Positions 31,452 to 40,743 of a DNA stretch of 64,000 bases are shown here, piece by piece; positions within the stretch are counted from its first letter, which is position 1, and every line of letters starts with the position of its first letter. This DNA is from Trueperaceae bacterium. GTDB lineage: Bacteria > Deinococcota > Deinococci > Deinococcales > Trueperaceae. The position numbers and the translations under genes are program-made. A model generated the notes under the pieces. The model was given only the letters and a program-made list of their open reading frames with translations. It was not told the origin of the DNA and ran no database searches. The stretch is taken from assembly GCA_965213925.1 (NCBI GenBank), contig OZ243927.1, forward strand, positions 1,344,001 to 1,408,000. The letters run 5' to 3'.

Positions 31452-31507
31452 CTAATACGAGGTTGCATGGCTTTGTTTGCAAACAAAGCCATGCAACCTC
31501 GTATTAG
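31452..31507. repeat. 56-bp perfect palindrome (mini-MITE-like)
   Basis: CTAATACGAGGTTGCATGGCTTTGTTTG|CAAACAAAGCCATGCAACCTCGTATTAG. Confidence 0.9.
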
Positions 31508-31513
31508 CCTGTA

Positions 31514-31649
31514 AAACCAATTCCGATTGATTCGCTAACATGCGCGAATCAATCCGAGCGGATGCGAGTAGGAACAGAGATACGGATGGAGTGTATGGAC
31601 TATCATCGAGCGCTTTTCTCGGTGATAGGGAATTAAACGGAATCTGTAT
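31514..31649. repeat. Deinococcus-style small intergenic repeat (SRE/SNR-like)
   Basis: TTCCGATTGA..hairpin..TCAATCCGAGCGGATGCGAGTAGGA...second hairpin...AAACGGAATCTGTAT; the core recurs inverted near 31788 and 43783; family name is from recalled resemblance. Confidence 0.6.
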
Positions 31650-31953
31650 AAAACCTCACCGATTTCGTCGCCGATGGTGAAGCGTCGTGGTCAAAACGAG
31701 CCTCTGCATTTTTACGCTAGCACTTCCACGCTTCGCTGCACTAACTGATTGCGTCTATTTCTTCAAGACTTCGTCCGACTTCGTGAACGCATCCGCTCGC
31801 ACGTTTCATTGCTGTAGCAATGAAACGTGAAACGCTACGAAACTCGAGTCGATTCAAGCGCGTAAGAATTGTGTCAGAGCTTCAGTGCTACCTTGCTCCA
31901 TGATTTGGGGGAAGCCGTAACGATTCTCCTAAAACTACCGCGAGGAGTACTCT

Positions 31954-33171
31954 ATGGTATGTCAACAGTGTGGTGAGCCGCTTGCGGCAACGGTTACGTC
32001 TACAGGAGCTGGGGCCGCGTGTCTCGAGTGCGGCGTCGCGCCTCAATACGCGCAGTCAACTATCTCTCAACCGTCCGGTCGGGGCTACCGCTACGCTCAG
32101 CAGGTTCGCGGCGCTCAGCGGATTTTAACGCAGACGGAGCAGCCGACGCGCTCCGAAGCCCCACCAGGAACCCACCCCCTTACCTTTACGGGCACGGCGG
32201 ACGAATTTTTTCGTATCTGGATCGTCAACGTTTTTCTAACCATCGTCACGCTGGGCATCTACAACGCTTGGGCGAAGGTGCGCACGCGGCAGTATTTTTA
32301 CGCGCACACACGTCTGGCTGGGCATTCGTTCGATTACTTGGCAAACCCCGTCAACATCCTTAAAGGCAACCTTATCGTAGCAGCAGGCTTGGGGCTCTAC
32401 TACTTCACAGGCTCGTTTGCGCCCGAATGGAACCTCGTTGTTGTAGGGGTGTTTTATCTAGTTTTCCCCTTCTTAATCTTTCAGTCGCTTCGCTTTCGTA
32501 CGCGCTACTCTTCGTACCGAAACATCCGCTTTCACTTTCACGGTACGCTCGGCGAGAGCTACCGCGTGTTCCTCGGCTTGCCCTTTTTGCTTCCCTTTAC
32601 GCTCGGGCTTCTTTTTCCCTACATGATGTCTCGGCAAAAGGAATACGCCTTGGGTCGCTTCGCTTTCGGGACGACACGCAGCAAGTTTCACGGCGGTCCA
32701 GGCAAGTTTTTCAAAGTCTACCTTCTCGCTGCGCTCATGGGCGCTGCTGCCTTCGCGCTCCTGACGTTTGGTGCAGGCGCGTTGACGGAGCCCTTCGGCA
32801 ACTACGGCGCGTCTCTCGCCCTTATCTACCTAATCGTCGTACCTCTTTTCCTCTTGATTCAAGAGTACATCTACGTGAGCATCACCAACTACTGCTGGGA
32901 AGAGACCCAGTTGGGCAACGTCTCCTTGAAAAGTACGCTAGAAGTCGGACCCTCGGCTTGGATTCGTCTGACCAATCTCCTCGCTATTGTCGTTTCTGCA
33001 GGACTCCTCATTCCTTGGGCGAAGGTGCGGCGCACGCGCTACGTCGTTTCGAATCTGGCGGTGGTGATGCGCAAAGACGACCTCGATAACTTCATCGCGG
33101 ACGAGAGCACGCACGAAAGCTCGCTCGGCGAGGTTGCCACCGACGCCTTCGACATCGAAATAGGTCTCTAG
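31954..33171 (+). CDS. YjgN/DUF898 membrane protein with an N-terminal Cys4 extension
   Basis: F.G...EFFRIWIVN.FLTIVTLGIY.AWAKVR; N-terminal CQQC...CLEC. Confidence 0.92.
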   Translation: MVCQQCGEPLAATVTSTGAGAACLECGVAPQYAQSTISQPSGRGYRYAQQVRGAQRILTQTEQPTRSEAPPGTHPLTFTGTADEFFRIWIVNVFLTIVTLGIYNAWAKVRTRQYFYAHTRLAGHSFDYLANPVNILKGNLIVAAGLGLYYFTGSFAPEWNLVVVGVFYLVFPFLIFQSLRFRTRYSSYRNIRFHFHGTLGESYRVFLGLPFLLPFTLGLLFPYMMSRQKEYALGRFAFGTTRSKFHGGPGKFFKVYLLAALMGAAAFALLTFGAGALTEPFGNYGASLALIYLIVVPLFLLIQEYIYVSITNYCWEETQLGNVSLKSTLEVGPSAWIRLTNLLAIVVSAGLLIPWAKVRRTRYVVSNLAVVMRKDDLDNFIADESTHESSLGEVATDAFDIEIGL

Positions 33172-34271
33172 TGACTGAGGTCTACATGGTTGAAGAGGTC
33201 GTGGCGGAGGTTGAACAAGATGTTCCCTCCAGGGCTGTCGTAAGCGAATTTACAGGTCACTACTTCGACGGGGTGCGCTCTAAAGCGCATCCCGTCACGG
33301 TCTCGTTTGACGGAGAGTTCGTGCAAGTAAGTGGAGGGATGGGCTGGCTCGAGGTTCCTCTCGCGGCTTGTACCTTAGAGCCTCCGCTCGGCAAAGAACA
33401 GCGCAGACTCACCTTACCAGGTGGCGCGCACTGCGAAACGCGCGAGGTTGAGGCGTTCGCAGCGCTAGAGGAGGCGAGTGGCCAAAGGCGCGGGCTCCGT
33501 TTCGTACACCGTTTGGAGAGCGGGTGGCGCTTGGCGCTCGGCTGTTTAGTGGGGTTGGTCGCGAGCGTGGGTGCGTTCACGCTCTACGGCATTCCTTTCT
33601 TAGCCACGCAAGCGGCGTACGCCACGCCCGCCGAAGTCTCCGAAAGGGTGAGCCGCAAATCGTTCGACCTCCTAGACGCTGAGATTTTTGAGCCTTCGGC
33701 GCTGAGTACTGAACGCGCTGGAGGCTTACAGAGGCAGTTCAGCGCGCTCACCGCGGACTTTGCAGCCGCCTCCGCGCCCGAGGCGGCGCTATCCTACGAA
33801 CTCGTCTTTCGCTCGGGCGGCGCACTCGGCGCGAACGCCTTCGCGCTCCCTTCGGGGCTCATTATTATGACCGACGAACTCGTCGAACTTGCCGAGAATG
33901 ACCGCGAGATTCTCAGCGTGTTGGCGCATGAGGTGGCGCACGTCGAAAAGCGGCACGGGCTCAGAAGTCTCTATCAGGGGGCGGGGGTCTTCATGTTGGT
34001 GTCGATTTTGGTGGGCGACGTGGCGTCGGTAACGTCGGTTGCGGCGTCTTTGCCCGCGATTTTAGTCGAGTCGGGCTACTCGAGGGCGTTCGAGCGCGAA
34101 GCCGACGAGGTGGCGGGGCGCTACCTGGTGGCGAAGGGCTGGGGAACGGAGCCGCTGCGCGACATTTTAGCGCGACTGACAGAAGGCGTAGACGCGCCGA
34201 CCTTCCTCTCGAGTCACCCCGGAACGGAAGCGCGTTTGGACAATTTGGAGGCTCTGGAGGAGCCTAAGTAA
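33171..34271 (+). CDS. M48-family metallopeptidase (usual YjgN partner)
   Basis: YFDG, NAFALP.G, HEVAH, YSR.FE.EAD and SSHP. Confidence 0.92.
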   Translation: MTEVYMVEEVVAEVEQDVPSRAVVSEFTGHYFDGVRSKAHPVTVSFDGEFVQVSGGMGWLEVPLAACTLEPPLGKEQRRLTLPGGAHCETREVEAFAALEEASGQRRGLRFVHRLESGWRLALGCLVGLVASVGAFTLYGIPFLATQAAYATPAEVSERVSRKSFDLLDAEIFEPSALSTERAGGLQRQFSALTADFAAASAPEAALSYELVFRSGGALGANAFALPSGLIIMTDELVELAENDREILSVLAHEVAHVEKRHGLRSLYQGAGVFMLVSILVGDVASVTSVAASLPAILVESGYSRAFEREADEVAGRYLVAKGWGTEPLRDILARLTEGVDAPTFLSSHPGTEARLDNLEALEEPK

Positions 34272-34276
34272 CCTCG

Positions 34277-35536
34277 CTACGCGGCGTCGCTCAGCCGAAA
34301 GCGCGTTCCGCGGCTGAGTTTTGCCGTGTACCACCCGAAAAACGCCTCTACGGACGCCTCCAGTGGCGAGAGCGGTCCCGGCTCATAAAACGCCGAGCGC
34401 AACCCCGCGAAGTTGTTCTCGCACAGCTCCCAGTCCTCTTCGCTCGTCGCCTTCCAGACCTTTTCCACCGCTTCGGGGTCGTAGTCGCCCTCTACGGCGT
34501 CCTCACGTACCAAAAACGCCACGTCGACGTGAGTAACCTCAGCGTTGACAGGCGTGAGCCGCGTGGTCATCACGTAGTCGGCGTTGGCGTGCGCCCAGAA
34601 GTTCGGCAGTCCGATCAGGCGCAAGCTGCCCACGTTTACGTCGGTCAGGTCGCCCAATAGGGGTGCGGTGAGCCCGCCGTCCATGCTCTCGGTCAAGTAA
34701 CCCGCCTTGAGCGGATAGCGCGAGACGCGGAACCAGGAGCCGTCGGGGAAGGAGACCTCTTGCGGCGATAAGCCCATCCTTTCCCAGCGTTCATACGCTT
34801 CATTTAATTCCCGCTGAAACGCCGCATCTTGCCGCGCGTCGCCGGGCAAGCCTAAGTCGTAGTTCGATAGACAGAATTCGGGGTGCGTCACGGAGCAGTG
34901 GTAGCACTCGCGGTTGTTTTCGATGACTGTTTTCCAGTTTGCCTTGAGCGCGTAGTGGTGACGGCGGATGACTTTGGTTCGGTCTAAGCGGTGAGGCGCT
35001 AACTGCGGCGCAATCGCCGCGTGCGCCGCGCTAAAGTCGGGTGGCGTGTCCGCCAAACACACGAAGAGAAGCCCCGCCAAGTCCCTCACGTGGACGGAGC
35101 GGAGGCTATGCGCACTCTTTTGGAACCCCTCGCCCATGAGCCGCGCTCCGGCGAGTTCTCCGTCTAACCTATACGCCCACTGGTGATAGGGACATACGAG
35201 CGCCTTAGCGTGACCACAAGGTGCGCCGTGCGTGATGATTTTAGAGCCGCGGTGCCGACACACGTTGAGGTGCGCGTGCAGCTTGCCCGACCTGTCGCGG
35301 ACGAGGATGACGGACTCGCCTGCGAGGTCTAAGAGTAGATAGTCGCCGGGGTTAGCGACCTCACAGGCGTGTCCGGCGAAGAGCCAGCTCCTGCGGAAGA
35401 CGTGTTCCAAGTCGGCTTGAAAGACCTCCGGGTCTAAATAGAAGGCTCGAGGTAGCGAGTGATTCTCTCGGCGCGTGGCGATGAGGTCAGCTAAGGTATC
35501 CGCACGGTTCACGGCGTTATTCACAACTTTATCCAC
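34277..35536 (-). CDS. Rieske non-heme iron oxygenase alpha subunit (GbcA/Stc2-like N-demethylase group)
   Basis: CRHRG...CPYH Rieske motif; NWK..ENNRECYHC...HPE iron-site motif. Confidence 0.9.
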   Translation of the reverse strand: MDKVVNNAVNRADTLADLIATRRENHSLPRAFYLDPEVFQADLEHVFRRSWLFAGHACEVANPGDYLLLDLAGESVILVRDRSGKLHAHLNVCRHRGSKIITHGAPCGHAKALVCPYHQWAYRLDGELAGARLMGEGFQKSAHSLRSVHVRDLAGLLFVCLADTPPDFSAAHAAIAPQLAPHRLDRTKVIRRHHYALKANWKTVIENNRECYHCSVTHPEFCLSNYDLGLPGDARQDAAFQRELNEAYERWERMGLSPQEVSFPDGSWFRVSRYPLKAGYLTESMDGGLTAPLLGDLTDVNVGSLRLIGLPNFWAHANADYVMTTRLTPVNAEVTHVDVAFLVREDAVEGDYDPEAVEKVWKATSEEDWELCENNFAGLRSAFYEPGPLSPLEASVEAFFGWYTAKLSRGTRFRLSDAA

Positions 35537-35537
35537 A
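35517..35537 (+). promoter_or_regulatory. Two tandem consensus DnaA boxes
   Basis: TTATTCACA (35517-35525) and TTATCCACA (35529-35537), both matching TTATNCACA. Confidence 0.45.
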
Positions 35538-35555
35538 GTAAAATTCCCTATTCTA

Positions 35556-36737
35556 TTAAGCGTGAAAGCTCTTTTCGAAGGTCTTATCGGTCAAAGCAGG
35601 GCGCTCTAAGCTAAAGGTCTGAATTGGATAGCGCGTGCCGCCCTCGAGCGCCAACTCGCCTAAAATCCTGCCGAGGAGCCCCGCGAACTTAAAGGCGTGC
35701 CCCGCGCCGATCGCCACGGAAATCTGCGGCGCACTCTCTAGCGTGTCGATGATGAAGTGCTGGTCGGGTGGAACGGTGTAGAGGCAGGTCTTGGTGTAGT
35801 GCTCGGGTCCTAAAAAACCGGGGAGCGTTCGGCTGAGGAAGGTACGCTGCCGCGCTCTGCGCTCGGGGTCGGGCGTAAAGGTGCGCGTCTGCGCCGTGAC
35901 CTCGTGCCCGCCCATGTGTTGCCCCAGCTTCGTGGCGACTTCGCCGTAGATAGGAAAGCCATAAAAGCTACTCTGTCCGTGCCACATGAAGACGGGGAAC
36001 TTGTCGGGCGTGAAGTCCCGCAAATTAGGCGTCGCGTAGTAGGTGACTTGCTCTTGGGTGACGGTGAGGGGAAGTTCTAAACCCGCCTCGCGCACCACCT
36101 GGTTCGTCCACGCGCCGCTCGTCACCACCACGTGGTCAGCGCTAAAACGCTGCTCGCCCGTCACGACTTCAACACTGCTCCCCACCGGACGAAGCGAGGT
36201 GACGGGCGTCTCGCTCAAGAGGTCCACGCCGTTCGCCCTCGCTAGCGCGATATGCACCGCGTTCGCCTTGCCCGCGTCCACGATGCCCGAATCCTTCTGA
36301 TAGACGGCGTGTTCGTGACCTCTTAAATGAAACTGCGGCCAGCGCTTCATCACGCTCGCCGCGTCGAAGTGTTCAAAGTCGATGCCCTGTTTTTCGAACG
36401 CTTCCATATACCCGTTTATATTGCGCGAGCCGACCTTCTCCGGGTCGCGCCCTTCGGGGTCTTCGATGACGAGCCCGCCCGTTTTGAGGACGACCTGAAG
36501 GTTGCTCTCACGCTCCGCCTCGTACCACGCCTCGTAAGCGTGCGGGGCGAGCGCGGCGTACGCCTCTTGGTGCTGCGCTAAGCGGATGATGCGCGAGTGA
36601 TCTTGCGAGCCGCCGCTGCTATGTCCCAACTTAAACTGCTCGATGCCCAAGACCGATCTGCCCGACTTCGAGAGCCAGTAGAGCGCCGCCGACCCGATGC
36701 CGCCACAGCCCACCACAATCACATCGTAATGTTTCAT
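35556..36737 (-). CDS. solA: N-methyl-L-tryptophan oxidase / monomeric sarcosine oxidase family
   Basis: GCGGIG FAD motif, SQDHSRIIR, flavinylation Cys in TCLYT..PD, and GHAFKF. Confidence 0.88.
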   Translation of the reverse strand: MKHYDVIVVGCGGIGSAALYWLSKSGRSVLGIEQFKLGHSSGGSQDHSRIIRLAQHQEAYAALAPHAYEAWYEAERESNLQVVLKTGGLVIEDPEGRDPEKVGSRNINGYMEAFEKQGIDFEHFDAASVMKRWPQFHLRGHEHAVYQKDSGIVDAGKANAVHIALARANGVDLLSETPVTSLRPVGSSVEVVTGEQRFSADHVVVTSGAWTNQVVREAGLELPLTVTQEQVTYYATPNLRDFTPDKFPVFMWHGQSSFYGFPIYGEVATKLGQHMGGHEVTAQTRTFTPDPERRARQRTFLSRTLPGFLGPEHYTKTCLYTVPPDQHFIIDTLESAPQISVAIGAGHAFKFAGLLGRILGELALEGGTRYPIQTFSLERPALTDKTFEKSFHA

Positions 36738-36894
36738 AAACTTTATACGCCTCCTCGAGAAGTGTGAAGAAAGGTCGTTTGAGACGCATATTCTTCCAAA
36801 CCTTCACACATTCTAAGAGGTCTGATTAGAGAAGTCCAATAGTTTTTTAAGGCACGGATTGATACGTTTCTCGAAATAATTGTTATCTTCGTAT

Positions 36895-37809
36895 ATGGAA
36901 CTCAAACAGCTTCGCTACTTCATCGCCGTCGCCGAAGAGAAGCACTTCGGGCGGGCGGCGCAGAAACTCCACCGCAGCCAGCCACCTGTAAGTACGCAGG
37001 TGAAAGCGCTCGAGCACGAACTCGGCGTCGACCTTATCAAACGGACGACCCGGAGCGTCGAACTCACGCCTGCAGGTGAGGTCTTTTTAGAGAAGGCGAA
37101 GCGCGTGTTGGAGGTGGCGGAAGATGCCCGTGTGTCGGTGGGACGAGCGGCGCAGGGGCGGGTCGGTCACTTGACGATAGGCTTCGTGAGTTCCGCCGCT
37201 TTGAGCCTGTTGCCGCTCGCGCTCCAAAAGTTTCGCGAAGCGTACCCTGACGTGACGCTCAATCTTCGCGAACTCACCAGCGCCGAACAGCGCACCGCGC
37301 TCTCGAGGGGTGACATTGACGTGGGGCTCGTGCGCTTGCCGATGAATACAGGCGGGCTCAGTGCGCTGAACGTTCTGGAGGAGCCGCTGCTCGTCGCCTT
37401 GCCCGCCGGACATGCGCTCGCCGGAGAAGAAACCGTCACGTTAGCCGCCCTCGCTGACGTGCCGCTCATCTCCTTTCCCGAACACCTCGTACCGGGAGCG
37501 CACGCGCACCTCATGACGCTGTTTGCAGAGGAGGGTCACACGCCCAACATCGTGCAAGAGGCGGTTCATCTGCAAACCATCGTGAGCTTAGTGGCGAGTG
37601 GGCTCGGGGCGTCGGTGCTGCCCGCTTCGGCGCGGCGTTCACCGTTGGCGGGCGTTGTGTACAGGACGCTCGAGCACCACCACACCACCTGGCTAGGCTT
37701 GGTGAGCCAGCAGGCGTCCCCCTATCCCGTCGTCACGAACTTTACGCAGGTCGTTTTGAGCGTCGCAGAGGAGGCGTCGCGGCTTATAGAAGTTGAAGCG
37801 GCTCGCTGA
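36895..37809 (+). CDS. LysR-family regulator, divergent from solA-Rieske
   Basis: MELKQLRYF.AVAEE.HFGRAA..L..SQP HTH. Confidence 0.95.
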   Translation: MELKQLRYFIAVAEEKHFGRAAQKLHRSQPPVSTQVKALEHELGVDLIKRTTRSVELTPAGEVFLEKAKRVLEVAEDARVSVGRAAQGRVGHLTIGFVSSAALSLLPLALQKFREAYPDVTLNLRELTSAEQRTALSRGDIDVGLVRLPMNTGGLSALNVLEEPLLVALPAGHALAGEETVTLAALADVPLISFPEHLVPGAHAHLMTLFAEEGHTPNIVQEAVHLQTIVSLVASGLGASVLPASARRSPLAGVVYRTLEHHHTTWLGLVSQQASPYPVVTNFTQVVLSVAEEASRLIEVEAAR

Positions 37810-37850
37810 AAGAATGGGGGGTATGAGCCTTAGGGTGCATAATAGAGGTC

Positions 37851-38993
37851 ATGCCTACCGATTTACAGTCGCTCCTTACCGACATCCACGCCGCGCCGCA
37901 TCTGGGGGTCCTCTCGTTTGCGGGCGCGGGGGCGCAGGCGCTCGCTTGGTTGCACAGTGTGGGCGGCTCGTCGCGGACAGTGCTCGAAGCGACCGACCAT
38001 TACGCGGCGGCGTCGCTCATCCAGGCGGTAGGCTTCGAGCCGGAGCAGTTCACCTCAGAGCGCGTGGCGGCAGCGCTGGCAGCGCGGGCGTACGCGAGGG
38101 CACGAGCCCTCGCGCCCGGCGCACCCGTATTCGGTCTGGGCTGCACCGCGAGCATCGCCACCGACAGACCCAAACGCGGCGAGCACCGCGCCTTCATTGC
38201 CGTGCGCGACACCTTCGGTACCACGTTTTACACCCCCGCGCTGACCAAGGGTGAACGCACGCGCCAAGGTGAAGAAGAGGTCGTGAGTCGGCTCATCATC
38301 CGCGCTGTTGCCGAGGTATGTGGCTTACAGAATCCCGGTAACGAAGAGGGTGCCCGGGTCTATCTCGAGCCTGAACCCGACTTGCAAGCCTTGCTTTCGG
38401 GCGAAGTGGCGTGGGTTGCCGTCCTACCGGACGGAAGCTTGCAAACCGGACAAGAAGGAGTCTCACCTCGCACCGCACTTCTCTCCGGCTCGTTCAACCC
38501 GCTCCACGAAGGACACCGAGAACTCGCCCAAACCGCCGCGCACCATCTGGGGCGCGAGGTGCACTTCGAACTCCCCCTTGTCAACGCGGACAAAGCGCCC
38601 ATCGACCTCTCCGAAGCGAGACGACGCGCCGCGCAGTTCGCCGCGTACGCGCCGCTTGTCCTAACTCGCACGCCCCTCTTTGGGCAAAAGGCGGACCTCT
38701 TTCCCGGAAGTGTGTTCATCGTCGGCGCGGATACGGCGGCGCGTCTGGTCGCGCCGCGTTTTTATGGCGGCGAAGTGGAGATGGCGAGCGCGTTAGAGCA
38801 CCTACAAACGTCGGGATGCCGCTTCCTCGTGGCGGGGCGGCGCAGCCAGGACGAAAGGGAGGCGCGCTTTCTCACCCTACAAGATATCGACATTCCAAGC
38901 ACCTATCGCGACCTCTTCGAAGCGTTGCCTAAAGAGGTTTTTCGGCGGGACATCTCCTCGAGCGCTCTCCGCGAAGACGGAAACGCGACGTAA
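37851..38993 (+). CDS. CinA-C-like domain fused to an HxGH nucleotidyltransferase domain
   Basis: GGSSRTVLEA...KRGEHR N-domain; GSFNPLHEGH, NADK, GADT and ISSS.LR C-domain. Confidence 0.8.
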   Translation: MPTDLQSLLTDIHAAPHLGVLSFAGAGAQALAWLHSVGGSSRTVLEATDHYAAASLIQAVGFEPEQFTSERVAAALAARAYARARALAPGAPVFGLGCTASIATDRPKRGEHRAFIAVRDTFGTTFYTPALTKGERTRQGEEEVVSRLIIRAVAEVCGLQNPGNEEGARVYLEPEPDLQALLSGEVAWVAVLPDGSLQTGQEGVSPRTALLSGSFNPLHEGHRELAQTAAHHLGREVHFELPLVNADKAPIDLSEARRRAAQFAAYAPLVLTRTPLFGQKADLFPGSVFIVGADTAARLVAPRFYGGEVEMASALEHLQTSGCRFLVAGRRSQDEREARFLTLQDIDIPSTYRDLFEALPKEVFRRDISSSALREDGNAT

Positions 38994-39124
38994 ACCACGG
39001 GCAGTGTATGGTGAAATGCTCCTGAAGCAGGGCGCTCAAATCAGTTCATGAAGGTGTAACGACAACACCACACTACCTTAAAAAATAAGGTATACTTCGT
39101 TATCTAAGTGGAAACGAGGCAATT

Positions 39125-40177
39125 ATGACCCTAACCCCTGAAAGAGAACGCGCACTCAGCACCACCCTATCCCAGATCGAGAAACAGTTCGGCAAGGGCG
39201 CGGTCATGCGCTTGGGCGACGAGGGGAGCTTGACTTCCCAGGGCGTCATCTCGACGGGCTCAATGTCGGTAGACCTAGCCCTAGGCGTAGGGGGCGTGCC
39301 TAGAGGCAGGATCATCGAAGTGTACGGACCCGAGTCGGGCGGTAAAACGACGCTGTCACTACACATCGTTGCCGAAGCGCAAAAGCAAGGCGGCGTGGCT
39401 GCTTTCGTCGACGCCGAACACGCCTTGGACCCTTCTTACGCCAAAGCCCTAGGCGTCGATACCGACGAACTCTTAGTCTCGCAACCCGATACCGGCGAAC
39501 AAGCTTTAGAGATTACCGAACTCCTGGTGCGGAGCGGCGCGGTGGACGTGATCGTGGTGGACTCGGTGGCTGCTCTGGTTCCCAGAGCCGAGATCGAAGG
39601 GGAGATGGGCGACTCGCACGTGGGACTGCAAGCGAGACTGATGAGCCAAGCGTTGCGCAAACTCACGGGCGTCCTCTCGAAAAGCCACACCACAGCGATT
39701 TTCATCAACCAGATCAGGGAGAAGATAGGCGTCTTGTACGGCAACCCGGAGACCACCCCTGGGGGACGCGCCTTGAAGTTCTACTCCTCGGTCCGGATGG
39801 AAGTGCGGCGTAAAGGGGACGTCAAGAGTGGCGTGGATAAAGTCGGCAACCGCACGAGGGTCAAAGTCACCAAGAACAAGGTCGCGCCACCCTTTAAGGA
39901 GGCGGAGGTGGAGATCATGTTCGGGCGGGGCATCGACAAGCTAGGCGACCTGATCAACATCGCCTCGGACCTAGACGTGGTGCAGAAGTCGGGCTCGTTC
40001 TATAAGTACGAGGGCGCGACCATCGGGCAGGGCAAGGAGAAAGCGTCGACCTACCTAGAGGAGCATCCCGAGCTGATCGAGGAGATTAGGGGCAAAGTGA
40101 CTGCTGCGATTCAGGGTGTGCCCTATGAGCCTAAGCTTGATGAGGGTGAAGAAGGGTTATTCTCGAGCGCCAATTAG
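39125..40177 (+). CDS. recA: Recombinase A
   Basis: [29 protein letters not shown] and [10 protein letters not shown]. Confidence 0.99.
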   Translation: MTLTPERERALSTTLSQIEKQFGKGAVMRLGDEGSLTSQGVISTGSMSVDLALGVGGVPRGRIIEVYGPESGGKTTLSLHIVAEAQKQGGVAAFVDAEHALDPSYAKALGVDTDELLVSQPDTGEQALEITELLVRSGAVDVIVVDSVAALVPRAEIEGEMGDSHVGLQARLMSQALRKLTGVLSKSHTTAIFINQIREKIGVLYGNPETTPGGRALKFYSSVRMEVRRKGDVKSGVDKVGNRTRVKVTKNKVAPPFKEAEVEIMFGRGIDKLGDLINIASDLDVVQKSGSFYKYEGATIGQGKEKASTYLEEHPELIEEIRGKVTAAIQGVPYEPKLDEGEEGLFSSAN

Positions 40178-40268
40178 ATGTGAAAAAATAAATAACCTCA
40201 AGCAAGAAGTTATAGTGCCTTATCCAGAACGTCCGAAAACCCCAGCTCATGAGCTAGAGGAGCAACGT

Positions 40269-40634
40269 GTGGATATTCGAGCAATTTTTGCCGTTATATG
40301 CGTGTCCGACATGGCGCGAAGCGTTGATTGGTATACAGATTTGATTGGACGCGGTCCAGACGACCATCCTATGAATGGGCTCGTTCAGTGGCGCGATAAC
40401 TATAGCGCAGGAATTCAACTGGTTTTAAATACTGAGAAGTCAGGAACCAGCCTTATAACGATTATGACACCGAAGATGAATCTTGCTCGAAAGCAGCTAG
40501 TCGCCACGAAACTTCAACTCGAACCGGATATTCAGGGTGACTTCGGAATTATCGCCCAAATTAGCGATCCTGATGGCAACCGGATTACACTCGCCGAGCC
40601 ACCGGAAGGAATGTGGTTAGACAAGAGATTTTAG
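40269..40634 (+). CDS. VOC/glyoxalase-family protein
   Basis: V.D..RS.DWY..L.GR.PD and SDPDGNRITL; GAGGAG RBS before GTG at 40269; visibly more AT-rich than its neighbours. Confidence 0.85.
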   Translation: MDIRAIFAVICVSDMARSVDWYTDLIGRGPDDHPMNGLVQWRDNYSAGIQLVLNTEKSGTSLITIMTPKMNLARKQLVATKLQLEPDIQGDFGIIAQISDPDGNRITLAEPPEGMWLDKRF

Positions 40635-40694
40635 TAAACCGAGTTGCCTATAACGACGGCTGCTCAGCGGTATAACGAGTGACATACATCTAAG

Positions 40695-40725
40695 AAAGCG
40701 AGCTACCTATTTGTAGCTCGCTTTT
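40695..40725. terminator. Bidirectional terminator between the VOC gene and rplT
   Basis: AAAGCGAGCTAC-ctattt-GTAGCTCGCTTTT. Confidence 0.75.
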
Positions 40726-40743
40726 CAATGTTGGTTGAATTTC

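Noticed and set aside
35517..35555. Replication origin
   Set aside because: Only two boxes, lying inside an operon, with no dnaA, dnaN or extended AT-rich unwinding region.
39060..39124. Deinococcus RDRM (DdrO) operator upstream of recA
   Set aside because: TTCGTTATCTAAGTGGAA is only loosely palindromic and does not fit the 17-bp spacing convincingly; a PWM scan would be needed.
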